Source: a virus. From it: a stretch of DNA of 45,141 bases. Positions 7,390 through 14,655 of this stretch are shown in pieces. Where the stretch lies: IMG/VR virus record IMGVR_UViG_3300025598_000063, one strand, 5' to 3'. The position numbers and the translations under genes were made by a program. Positions within the stretch are counted from its first letter, which is position 1. Each line of letters starts with the position of its first letter. The notes under the pieces were generated by a model. That model was not told where the DNA came from, ran no database searches, and worked only from the letters and a program-made list of their open reading frames with translations.

Positions 7390-8136
7390 TCAAAAAAGAA
7401 AATTTTGTTGCGTTAAATTCTTACTCCAAAATGTAAGCGATTGATTCACTTCAATTCGTTCTCTAATCACCATCGCTCTTACATCTTTAGAAGCAGGTGT
7501 TCGCGATCCCTTCCAATTTGAATCAATGCCAACATTCTTTGCGATGTTAGTTGAATCAGCACTGCTGAAAGGTAATCTTGAAAACACATCCGGGTTCAAC
7601 ATTCGTAAACCATGTAACTTGCAAATGGGGTTTCCATTTTTGTCACAGATTGCATTCATAGCTTCCACAATTCTATTCCACCATGCTTCATTATTTACCA
7701 CTGCATATTGCCCACTTGAACCAAGACATACTCTAGGCCATTCAAGTGCCAAATTAAATAGTCGATCAATAGATTCATGTAGATGCCAAACTGGTGCTCC
7801 TACCCATTTGTTTTTCGGTTCTTTCCAAGGCCATTCTTTAAGTAAGTCATCGTTATCTTTTTCATTCCCATCGATAACATCTGGAATAACAGCAAAATCA
7901 AATGATGGATATCGATGAAGTTCTCCAATCCATGAATAATAATTCGACCAATCTTCTAATGGCTTACCGCTCTTCCATGCAGAGAACGCTCCATTATCCA
8001 CAGCAAAAGATTGGCATACTTCCAACACTAAAGATAATTGTTGCGGATAACGAAATGAAACGAATGCGTGACCCGATTTAACTGCATTAAATGCCGCTGA
8101 TGCAGGAGTAATTGGTAAACCATGATAATGAATCAT
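7390..8136 (-). CDS. Hypothetical 248-aa protein; possibly a TGT-fold / DpdA-like DNA-modifying enzyme (tentative)
   Basis: AGAGGG RBS. The motifs MIHYHGLPITP, VDNGAFSAW, KLHGLRML and SSADSTNIA remind me of the DpdA / tRNA-guanine transglycosylase-like family. Not verifiable without a profile search. Confidence 0.6.
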   Translation of the reverse strand: MIHYHGLPITPASAAFNAVKSGHAFVSFRYPQQLSLVLEVCQSFAVDNGAFSAWKSGKPLEDWSNYYSWIGELHRYPSFDFAVIPDVIDGNEKDNDDLLKEWPWKEPKNKWVGAPVWHLHESIDRLFNLALEWPRVCLGSSGQYAVVNNEAWWNRIVEAMNAICDKNGNPICKLHGLRMLNPDVFSRLPFSSADSTNIAKNVGIDSNWKGSRTPASKDVRAMVIRERIEVNQSLTFWSKNLTQQNFLF

Positions 8137-8220
8137 TAAACCCTCTTTTTAAAAACCGTCTACAAAGACCTACAGTCGTTTCCAACATCGCTGTTGCTAC
8201 CCTACATCATCAGAGTACCC

Positions 8221-8271
8221 GATCGTGGATTCTATCCCCCTTCTCGTCAGTCTGAACCCTAATCCACGATC
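8221..8271. repeat. Perfect 11-bp inverted repeat GATCGTGGATT / AATCCACGATC with a 29-nt spacer
   Basis: Read directly. The right arm overlaps the TAG stop (8259-8261) of the P-like gene, in the 122-nt gap before the 248-aa gene. Confidence 0.7.
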
Positions 8272-8966
8272 ACCCTGTCCTTCCTCGAAGGGGCTATAGG
8301 CTCGTTTACAGCATGTTTGGCAGGACTTTGCGTCATGCGCAATACGCTGGGTTCAATTCCCAATGCCTCGCTCACACAGCGTATTTGCGATTCACAAAGC
8401 GATTCACCGTTTTTGAAATCGTTTAATAATCTAAACGCCCAATCTTTACCACCGTTAGCCGGTTTCTTTTTCAAGATGCTGTCAATCTGTTTCTTAATCT
8501 GATCAATGAATTCAGCGTTTGGTTTTTCAACAGGCTTGCTTTCCAATAGCGGTGGTGGAATATAAATGTCTTTGCCAAAATTGACGAAGCACTGATCCAA
8601 GATTGTTTTCCATCGAGCCTTTGCTTTCTCGTAATTGTCTCGTCGAATATCAAATTGACCGTATTGCTGGGCGGCTTCAAAAACAGCTTTCAAATAAAAA
8701 TCGCCTTTCGCTGCCTCGATGAACAATTGCTCGTAATTCAGTTTCGGTCTTAACCATGACAAGATGTCGGACAAGGATGGTGGATATTGTTGCTGTTTAA
8801 TTTGAGGATAGATTGCTCGAATATCTTCCACTGCGAATTCGGATAATTCCATTGACCAAAAATCAAATATTTCTTCCAATGTGTCATTGGAATATTCCAA
8901 GTTCATCTTCGAGCCGAAGAGGACTTTCATTCTCGCAAATAACGGTTCGACTACCTTGACGCGCAT
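8259..8966 (-). CDS. Replication protein P-like (helicase-loader candidate); start uncertain (8966, 8930 or 8906)
   Basis: EIFDFWSMELSEF...QQYPPSLSDILSWLRP parallels lambda P EIRRQWVLAFREN...RPFLPSPGQFVAWCR (from memory). The ORF track starts at 9080, but that overlaps the upstream gene by 197 nt. Confidence 0.5.
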   Translation of the reverse strand: MRVKVVEPLFARMKVLFGSKMNLEYSNDTLEEIFDFWSMELSEFAVEDIRAIYPQIKQQQYPPSLSDILSWLRPKLNYEQLFIEAAKGDFYLKAVFEAAQQYGQFDIRRDNYEKAKARWKTILDQCFVNFGKDIYIPPPLLESKPVEKPNAEFIDQIKKQIDSILKKKPANGGKDWAFRLLNDFKNGESLCESQIRCVSEALGIEPSVLRMTQSPAKHAVNEPIAPSRKDRVIVD

Positions 8967-9738
8967 CTCTGGTGCGCTTAAATAATTCTTCGGTGTTTCT
9001 GAAGTCGTTGTCTTTTCGTTGTTGGTATCCATTTCCATTTGCTCCATTCGTTTTTTGAATTGATTCTTTTTTCCATTCATCGGCGCGATTTAACCAAGTT
9101 CTAATGGCTCGCTGCCAATCCACATATTTCAATCCTTTCGCTAAGGCATTGTCTTTAAATGATCGAAACATACGATCAATGTCCAAATTTAATTCTTCCG
9201 CCAAAGCAATTACAGATTCATTGGGTGTCAAGTCATCAGGAAAAGTTGTTTCGTGAGAGACAGCCCTGCCCCTCTTGGGGCGATCAGACTTTTTTTCAGC
9301 GTCAACACCCTCTTCCTTTCCATGTTCCATTTCCTTTCCATTCCCTGTTCCACTTCCACTTCCGGTAGTGAGGACTCCATGAGTATTCATTGAGCTATCA
9401 TTGAATTGGATTAAGTCCTTGATCTTGCTAGCTGTTTTTCTGTTTATAAACTGATGTTTCTCAAAATTTGTCACTTTGCCATACATCTTGTTATCGACCC
9501 CTAAAATGAGTTGTATGTAACCTATGTTTGATAACTCATTGAGTAATCCATGAATACTCACTGAGAGATCACGGAGTGGAAATACATCGGATTCGACTAG
9601 CTTAGGGTGAGCGTTGAAATAACCTTCATCATCACTGTAATTCAACAATCCAATTGCTAATAATGCCGCTTCAGCGGATATTTTACTTAATGGTTCATCG
9701 CGCCAGAATTCTGGTTTGACTGTTCTGATTCTTGCCAT
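8884..9738 (-). CDS. Replication initiator / replisome organiser candidate (O-like position)
   Basis: The N-terminus MARIRTVKPEFWRDEPL...LLAIGLLNYSDDEGYF is a recurrent phage replication-protein N-terminus. GGAG RBS; precedes the P-like gene. Confidence 0.5.
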   Translation of the reverse strand: MARIRTVKPEFWRDEPLSKISAEAALLAIGLLNYSDDEGYFNAHPKLVESDVFPLRDLSVSIHGLLNELSNIGYIQLILGVDNKMYGKVTNFEKHQFINRKTASKIKDLIQFNDSSMNTHGVLTTGSGSGTGNGKEMEHGKEEGVDAEKKSDRPKRGRAVSHETTFPDDLTPNESVIALAEELNLDIDRMFRSFKDNALAKGLKYVDWQRAIRTWLNRADEWKKESIQKTNGANGNGYQQRKDNDFRNTEELFKRTRDARQGSRTVICENESPLRLEDELGIFQ

Positions 9739-9759
9739 GTGGATTGCTCCAAAAAATAA

Positions 9760-10074
9760 TTAAACGGAAGCGTTTTGTGAATCGTTACTTTCGCGTTTAT
9801 TTATTTTTTCTCGCATCATTTTTCGTTCAGTCATCGCATACTCATATTTAGCCGCGCATATACTTTCGTGATCTAAACAGAATTCCAATAATAAACAATA
9901 ATTCGTAAAAGAAAGACTAGATTGATTTTTAATAAAGTTATGAACAGTGGTTGGGTGTATACCCATCATCAATGCAATGTCCGTGGGAGATGCACAAGAA
10001 GCTATCAAACGATAGCGAAGTTCTGTGAGCAATCTGAAGGCGATAGAATTGTCATCGTTTTGAAGTCGATACAT
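9760..10074 (-). CDS. HTH DNA-binding regulator (Cro/CII-like position), first gene of the leftward early operon
   Basis: SPTDIALMMGIHPTTVHNFIKN helix-turn-helix; strong TAGGAGG RBS; sits at the divergent promoter region. Confidence 0.65.
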   Translation of the reverse strand: MYRLQNDDNSIAFRLLTELRYRLIASCASPTDIALMMGIHPTTVHNFIKNQSSLSFTNYCLLLEFCLDHESICAAKYEYAMTERKMMREKINKRESNDSQNASV

Positions 10075-10098
10075 AGTGTTCCTCCTAAAAGTTTTACC

Positions 10099-10128
10099 AC
10101 TCTACCGCGTCATTACTGGCTTAGGCAA
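10099..10128 (-). promoter_or_regulatory. Candidate leftward early promoter (TTGCCT - 18 nt - TAGAGT); -35 sits inside palindrome CTGGCT-N8-AGCCAG (10116-10135)
   Basis: Read from the reverse complement. It lies about 25 nt upstream of the ATG at 10074. Confidence 0.4.
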
Positions 10129-10169
10129 TAGCCAGAACTAAAAATTTTTTTCTAAACGCGAAATATTTC

Positions 10170-10198
10170 TTGCGCACAATCTGCTGTAAGCGTATATT
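10170..10198 (+). promoter_or_regulatory. Candidate rightward early promoter (TTGCGC - 17 nt - TATATT)
   Basis: Read directly: -35 = 10170-10175, -10 = 10193-10198. Followed by a leader of about 265 nt before the ERF gene. Confidence 0.5.
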
Positions 10199-10469
10199 CG
10201 TGTTGTGTCGCTGCACTACTCCCCACGAACCACCCGTGGTTGACACGCTCACTCTGTGAGCTTTCTACGACTTATGCTGATTATTTATGAAGAACAAGAG
10301 ATGGAATAGCTGATTTGCATTGAGGGTTTAGGCCAAGAGGTTTGGCAGGAGGCCAGATCAGAAAAAGAAGCACTCAAGTTAGTTTGGAATTCTTTAACAG
10401 ATGAAGAACGCAATCTGGTTGTTTTAATGGATTGTATTGATGAACAACCTTAACCACCAAGGAGACACT

Positions 10470-11018
10470 ATGCAAGAACTGATCAAAGCGTTGATCACCG
10501 CCCGTCAGCGGTCTGAGAACGCAAAGAAGAATGCCAGTAATTCCCACTTCAAAAACCGATACGCTGATTTGGCTGCCATCATTGATGTCGTTAATGCAGC
10601 CTGTGACGGCTTAGGCCTCGCCTTCGTACAGGACTGCGTTAGCGATGCCGATTCCATTACCGTGACGACCAAAGTGCTGCATGAATCCGGGCAGATTATG
10701 GACTTAGCACCGCTCACCATGCCGATTGTTCAGAAAACGCCACAAGCCGTTGGAAGCGCAATGACCTATTGCCGCCGCTACAGCTTGCAAACCGCATTCG
10801 GCATTGCAGCGGAATTGGATGACGATGGTAATGCTGCCAGCCAGCGTAATACTCGTCTATCTGCCAAGCCGACAGAACACGATCAAGAAGTCGTGAAGTT
10901 GATCAAGCAAAGCAATTCGCTCGATGATTTGGCGAAAACGTGGAAAGAACTGACTCCCGAACAGCGCACGATTCATGCGGATGTTAAAGACTATCGCAAG
11001 AAGGAGTTGGAAGCATGA
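10470..11018 (+). CDS. ERF-family single-strand annealing recombinase
   Basis: HFKNRYADLAAIIDVVNAACDGLGLAFVQ...GSAMTYCRRYSLQTAFGIAAELDDDGN is typical of ERF. AAGGAG RBS 7 nt upstream of the ATG at 10470 (the ORF-track start 10437 has no RBS). Confidence 0.78.
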   Translation: MQELIKALITARQRSENAKKNASNSHFKNRYADLAAIIDVVNAACDGLGLAFVQDCVSDADSITVTTKVLHESGQIMDLAPLTMPIVQKTPQAVGSAMTYCRRYSLQTAFGIAAELDDDGNAASQRNTRLSAKPTEHDQEVVKLIKQSNSLDDLAKTWKELTPEQRTIHADVKDYRKKELEA

Positions 11019-11227
11019 AAAAGAACGAAGATAAGTCATCGTTGCGTGAATTAAACGAATTGCGTCTTGAAGTTCATCGGTTGCGTGAAGAAGTGACAGA
11101 ACTGACAACTAATTCAACTTTTTGGTTTAACGCGGCTATGAAGAATGAAGAAATGGCTGAGGGTTTAGAAAAGCAAATACTTCATTTAGTCGCAATGTCT
11201 AGTAATTTTCAAGGAAAACTAGAATGA
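11015..11227 (+). CDS. Hypothetical coiled-coil protein (70 aa)
   Basis: ORF track; ATGA overlaps at both ends. Confidence 0.6.
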   Translation: MKKNEDKSSLRELNELRLEVHRLREEVTELTTNSTFWFNAAMKNEEMAEGLEKQILHLVAMSSNFQGKLE

Positions 11228-11883
11228 GCGAAGAATTGGATCACATCCCAAGCGAGCAAGTTGAACAACGCTCCGCACAATGGTTTCTCGAACGACTAGG
11301 CCGCGCTACTGGTAGCAAGTTTAAAGACGTTATGGCAACCACTAAGACCGGCGAATCAGCGTACCGAAAGAAGTATAAGATTCAACTGGTTGCCGAGCGT
11401 ATTACAGGTAACGCTACAACATTCTTTGTCAATGCAGCGATGCAGTGGGGAACAGATCACGAAGATGAAGCAGCCGAGCAATTCAGTATTCACACTGGCC
11501 TACTGCTAGATGAAATCGGCTTTGTTAAACATCCAAATATTATGTGTGGCGTATCACCTGATCGCATCATCCAAACCGATGAAGGCACGGCTATTTTGGA
11601 AATCAAATGCCCGGAAACATCCACTCACGTTGAATGGATGCTGGAAGGCGGTTTACCTGACCAACATAAACCGCAAGTGCAGGGGCAGATTTGGCTGATG
11701 AACGCGCCTTATGGATATTTTTGTTCATACGATCCTCGGATGCCAGCCAACGCTCAATTGTTCATCGTTCGGGTTGAGCGTGATAACGAATACATCAGCA
11801 AGCTGGATACTGCTATCAGACAGTTTTTGTATGAAGTAGATGAAATGGAAGCACAACTACGCAATTACGCGATTAAACTTTAA
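11224..11883 (+). CDS. YqaJ-like (lambda Exo-type PD-(D/E)XK) recombination exonuclease
   Basis: RSAQWFLERLGRATGSKFKDVMA N-terminus and SPDRII...ILEIKCP nuclease core. It is adjacent to the annealase and SSB. Confidence 0.75.
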   Translation: MSEELDHIPSEQVEQRSAQWFLERLGRATGSKFKDVMATTKTGESAYRKKYKIQLVAERITGNATTFFVNAAMQWGTDHEDEAAEQFSIHTGLLLDEIGFVKHPNIMCGVSPDRIIQTDEGTAILEIKCPETSTHVEWMLEGGLPDQHKPQVQGQIWLMNAPYGYFCSYDPRMPANAQLFIVRVERDNEYISKLDTAIRQFLYEVDEMEAQLRNYAIKL

Positions 11884-11894
11884 GGAGAACACAA

Positions 11895-12302
11895 ATGCAA
11901 TTGATCGGACTAGCACGAATTGGTAACGAACCAGAAATCCGTTACACCAAAAACGATGACGCAGTATTGAGCCTGTCTCTGGCCTACAACTACGGTCGGA
12001 AGGGCGAAGACGGATTCAAGCCTAGCCAGTGGGTAGACGGCGCATTATGGGGCAAATTAGCGGAAGCATTGCAGCCCTATCTAACCAAGGGCAGCACAGT
12101 ATGCGTGACGCTCGATGATCTGCACGTTGAAACTTACGAAAAGAAGGACGGTTCATCCGGCAACAAACTGAGGGGACGCATCACCAGCATCGAATTGACC
12201 AAGCGCGATGCACCAGAAGAAGCACCCGCACCTAAACGTACTGCTGCTGCGGAACCTAAACGTGATGCAATGGAAGGCTTTGAGGACGATATACCGTTCT
12301 GA
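11895..12302 (+). CDS. ssb: Single-stranded DNA-binding protein
   Basis: OB-fold N-terminus (LIGLARIGNEPEIRYTKNDDAVLSLSLAY), a Pro/Ala-rich linker and the acidic tail FEDDIPF. Confidence 0.88.
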   Translation: MQLIGLARIGNEPEIRYTKNDDAVLSLSLAYNYGRKGEDGFKPSQWVDGALWGKLAEALQPYLTKGSTVCVTLDDLHVETYEKKDGSSGNKLRGRITSIELTKRDAPEEAPAPKRTAAAEPKRDAMEGFEDDIPF

Positions 12303-12341
12303 CCAAGTCTTTGATTCTAAAGGATATTTTAACAGTACTGC

Positions 12342-12388
12342 GCGTGAGATATAAATTGATTGACAACACCAAATCTCACGCATATATT
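12342..12388 (+). promoter_or_regulatory. Near-consensus promoter (TTGACA 12360-12365, 17 nt, TATATT 12383-12388) bracketed by a perfect 9-bp inverted repeat GCGTGAGAT / ATCTCACGC (12342-12350, 12373-12381)
   Basis: Read directly. The right arm lies in the spacer just before the -10. It sits immediately upstream of the RHH gene. Confidence 0.6.
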
Positions 12389-12399
12389 AAGGAGGTCTA

Positions 12400-12567
12400 A
12401 TGCCAAAGCAAACAGACAAATTAAATGCGGATGGTGAACAGTGGTTTACCGTTCGTGTTGATAAACAAATGTTGCAAAAATTGAAACAACTGGCTGAACA
12501 GCAAGAACGCTCGGTCAGCCATCAAATACGGTTCATGTTGAAAGAAGCATTATCTAAAATCAAATAA
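12400..12567 (+). CDS. Ribbon-helix-helix (Arc/CopG-like) DNA-binding protein, 55 aa
   Basis: Hand translation: MPKQTDKLNADGEQWFTVRVDKQMLQKLKQLAEQQERSVSHQIRFMLKEALSKIK. AAGGAGG RBS. Below the ORF-track cutoff. Confidence 0.7.
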   Translation: MPKQTDKLNADGEQWFTVRVDKQMLQKLKQLAEQQERSVSHQIRFMLKEALSKIK

Positions 12568-12578
12568 GGAGATTCATT

Positions 12579-12869
12579 ATGCGTACCACCACGCTGTCTG
12601 AAGCCCAAAGTCATTATGACAATCTAACGCCACCCGATGATTATGATCCAATAGATTGTATTTCAGATTATGAATACCGCAAGTTGTCTCGCAAAATAGC
12701 GCGGGAAGAGTGGGAAAGCATTATCGAATATGTTCTCGAATCCACTGATTTATTGCCCGCGTTCGAGGCTGGCCCCGTCACGCTGGGCAGCACATTCTTT
12801 GCAGCGATCACCGAGCAAATTGACGGGCGTATCGTGGATCAATTGAATGCGAGTAATCGCGATGATTGA
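12579..12869 (+). CDS. Strongly acidic hypothetical protein (96 aa; 20 D/E vs 8 K/R)
   Basis: ORF track; AAGGAG RBS; charge counted by hand. Confidence 0.65.
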   Translation: MRTTTLSEAQSHYDNLTPPDDYDPIDCISDYEYRKLSRKIAREEWESIIEYVLESTDLLPAFEAGPVTLGSTFFAAITEQIDGRIVDQLNASNRDD

Positions 12870-12966
12870 TAAACAATACGAAATGCCGATTGTACTACAA
12901 GTGATTTTAGCCATCGTCACACTGTTTGCCCTTTGGATTCTACTAAGCGTATTGTTAAGTTTTTAA
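12862..12966 (+). CDS. Possible 34-aa membrane peptide (MIDKQYEMPIVLQVILAIVTLFALWILLSVLLSF)
   Basis: Hand translation. The ATG overlaps the 3' end of the upstream gene; single TM helix. Confidence 0.4.
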   Translation: MIDKQYEMPIVLQVILAIVTLFALWILLSVLLSF

Positions 12967-12984
12967 GAAAATGAAGGATAAATC

Positions 12985-13188
12985 ATGCAAAAACTTACTC
13001 AACGGTTATTGGATGGAATGCCATACACCCCAGCAGCAAAAACAGATGTCAGTAAGACGTGGGCTAAATATGGTTGGATTCCACCTAGCAAATTGAAGGA
13101 GGAAGAATGCAATTTACCAGCGTTATCATCGCAATACTCGCCATCGGTAGTGGAGTTTTCTACTACCAAAAAACGGAAACACAGATAG
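12985..13188 (+). CDS. Hypothetical protein (67 aa); its 3' 82 nt overlap the next gene
   Basis: ORF track; GAAGGA RBS. The overlap makes the true extent uncertain. Confidence 0.45.
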   Translation: MQKLTQRLLDGMPYTPAAKTDVSKTWAKYGWIPPSKLKEEECNLPALSSQYSPSVVEFSTTKKRKHR

Positions 13189-13319
13189 ACCAATTGCAAC
13201 ACGAACTAGTAACAATGCAGAACGACCAGATAGATTACACCAGCCACATTGCACGTCTAACTGGTCTACTGCGCCGACATCACATTAAATACGGAGAAAT
13301 AGATGCTAAACGAAAATGA
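13107..13319 (+). CDS. Hypothetical membrane-anchored coiled-coil protein (70 aa)
   Basis: GGAGGAAGA RBS. N-terminal TM (FTSVIIAILAIGSGVFYY) followed by a helical tail. Confidence 0.6.
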   Translation: MQFTSVIIAILAIGSGVFYYQKTETQIDQLQHELVTMQNDQIDYTSHIARLTGLLRRHHIKYGEIDAKRK

Positions 13320-13518
13320 TATCCAAGACATGGCAACTGCTGAACCAGTGCAAGAAGCACCAAAATTAGTTGGTTATTTGGTGATCTTGCCCGGTGAACC
13401 CGGCTCGAAGCTGCCTGAACCGATGATTGGTTTATACGTTGAGCCATCAGCAGCAATCATTAAGAAATGGAAAGCCATCGGCTTTGATTATCGACCAGTA
13501 GAAGCAGCCTCATTTTAA
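13303..13518 (+). CDS. Hypothetical protein (71 aa)
   Basis: ORF track; GGAGAAATAG RBS. Confidence 0.6.
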   Translation: MLNENDIQDMATAEPVQEAPKLVGYLVILPGEPGSKLPEPMIGLYVEPSAAIIKKWKAIGFDYRPVEAASF

Positions 13519-13534
13519 TTAAAAGGAAATAGCC

Positions 13535-13792
13535 ATGAAAACCACCTTCATCGCTTTTGCAGCACTCGCACTCGCAGCCTGTTCACAAACACCTATGTAT
13601 CAAAAAGAGAACGCGCCTATTCGCGGATATACCGGTTTACAGGCCATGACGCAAGATCAAGTTATTCAACAAACGCATAATTGTTTGGATGCCAATATGC
13701 GACCCAGCATCGAATATATGAACCAACAATACTCCAATGGCAGCGTACAAGTACCTGTACAGGTTAATTGCTATCCATCTTGGAGAAGGTAA
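13535..13792 (+). CDS. Small lipoprotein (85 aa)
   Basis: Signal peptide with lipobox: MKTTFIAFAALALAAC|SQ. AAGGAAA RBS. Confidence 0.7.
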   Translation: MKTTFIAFAALALAACSQTPMYQKENAPIRGYTGLQAMTQDQVIQQTHNCLDANMRPSIEYMNQQYSNGSVQVPVQVNCYPSWRR

Positions 13793-14041
13793 ATGTTTAT
13801 CGGTTTTCGTAAAATATTTGCACGACCCGAAACCGAAGCACCCAGCATGGGCAGCATTAAGCTGTCGGATGACCACGGCGTGTTTTGGGTATTCAATCCA
13901 CAGCAAGACATTACGCCTTACGAACTGGCTAAACTGATGCCACTGTTTTCCATGCTGCCGCTCTGTTTAAAAACAGGGCTGAATTGGCGGGGCTATGTGG
14001 AAAAGTATGGTTTGTGGCGACACTTTGAGGCACAAAAATGA
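13793..14041 (+). CDS. Hypothetical protein (82 aa)
   Basis: ORF track; TAAATG junction with GGAGAAGG RBS. Confidence 0.6.
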   Translation: MFIGFRKIFARPETEAPSMGSIKLSDDHGVFWVFNPQQDITPYELAKLMPLFSMLPLCLKTGLNWRGYVEKYGLWRHFEAQK

Positions 14042-14262
14042 AAGCAGATGATTTACAAATTGGCGGGGATCACTATAAGCAAATGGCGATCCAGCCGTGG
14101 GAAGTAATGGAATGTGTCTTATCAGAAGCCGAGTTTATCGGCTTCTTGAAAGGCAACATTATTAAATACTCGATGCGCGCTGGACACAAAGGCGATGCCA
14201 AGATTGATCTTGAGAAAGCCAAGCACTATCGCCAGAAACTTGCTGAGGTAATGGGAAAATGA
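14038..14262 (+). CDS. DUF3310-like small phage protein (74 aa)
   Basis: GGDHYK...QPWEVME...FLKGNIIKYSMRAGHKG...DLEKAKHY matches the DUF3310 pattern as I remember it. Confidence 0.6.
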   Translation: MKADDLQIGGDHYKQMAIQPWEVMECVLSEAEFIGFLKGNIIKYSMRAGHKGDAKIDLEKAKHYRQKLAEVMGK

Positions 14263-14438
14263 CATTTGAAGAATGGCATGCGATGAGATGTCTTTTATCA
14301 GAAGTCGAATTTATTGGCTTTTTGAAAGGCAATATCATCAAATATTCAATGCGCGCCGGACAAAACGGAGATCCCAAAATTGATCGTGAGCAAGTTAGAG
14401 ATTGTTGTAAAAAATTAAATCAGGTAATGGGCAAATGA
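14259..14438 (+). CDS. N-terminally truncated paralogue of the DUF3310-like gene (59 aa)
   Basis: Hand translation: MTFEEWHAMRCLLSEVEFIGFLKGNIIKYSMRAGQNGDPKIDREQVRDCCKKLNQVMGK. It is a tandem copy of 14100-14262 and lacks the GGDHY part. Confidence 0.55.
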   Translation: MTFEEWHAMRCLLSEVEFIGFLKGNIIKYSMRAGQNGDPKIDREQVRDCCKKLNQVMGK

Positions 14439-14475
14439 CATTTGAATATGGAGCCAAGCTGAAGGATAAGAACAC

Positions 14476-14655
14476 ATGAACGAACGCCTGATGGAACTGT
14501 ATGACCAAGCGATCATTTTAGAAGGCAATGGTGACTATGTGACAGGTGAGTTAGACCCTTTTAAGTTTGCAGAGTTGATTGTGCGGGAATGTGCTCGCAA
14601 AGTCACTCTCAATGAGGCACGGAACATTTTTGAACATTTCGGAGTTAAAGAATGA
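14476..14655 (+). CDS. Hypothetical protein (59 aa, MNERLMELYDQ...)
   Basis: Hand translation. ATGA overlaps at both ends. It shares the ATGAACGAACG 5' end with the next gene. Confidence 0.55.
   Translation: MNERLMELYDQAIILEGNGDYVTGELDPFKFAELIVRECARKVTLNEARNIFEHFGVKE

Noticed and set aside
8207-8213. CUGAUGA (hammerhead core / C-box-like) followed by GAAAC on the minus-strand transcript in the 8137-8258 gap
   Set aside because: The segment between CUGAUGA and GAAA does not form a stem II (U-U and other mismatches after two wobble pairs), and no stem I or III partners were found.
8348-8362. tRNA T-arm-like sequence TGGG-TTCAATT-CCCA, with GGGGCTATAGG about 60 nt upstream on the plus strand
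   Set aside because: No acceptor-stem complementarity: the 3' side TGCCTCG has no matching 5' strand. No D or anticodon arms could be folded, and it lies inside the P-like coding region on the opposite strand.
10274-10453. Protein-like reading frame in the rightward leader interrupted by an in-frame TAG (MLIIYEEQEME*LICIEGLGQEVWQEARSEKEALKLVWNSLTDEERNLVVLMDCIDEQP): possible stop-codon recoding
   Set aside because: TAG is used as an ordinary stop by the holin candidate (16212), the chaperone (35220) and the P-like gene (8259). The downstream part has no ATG/GTG/TTG start or clear RBS. It may still be a leader peptide plus a CTG-started ORF, but there is no support.
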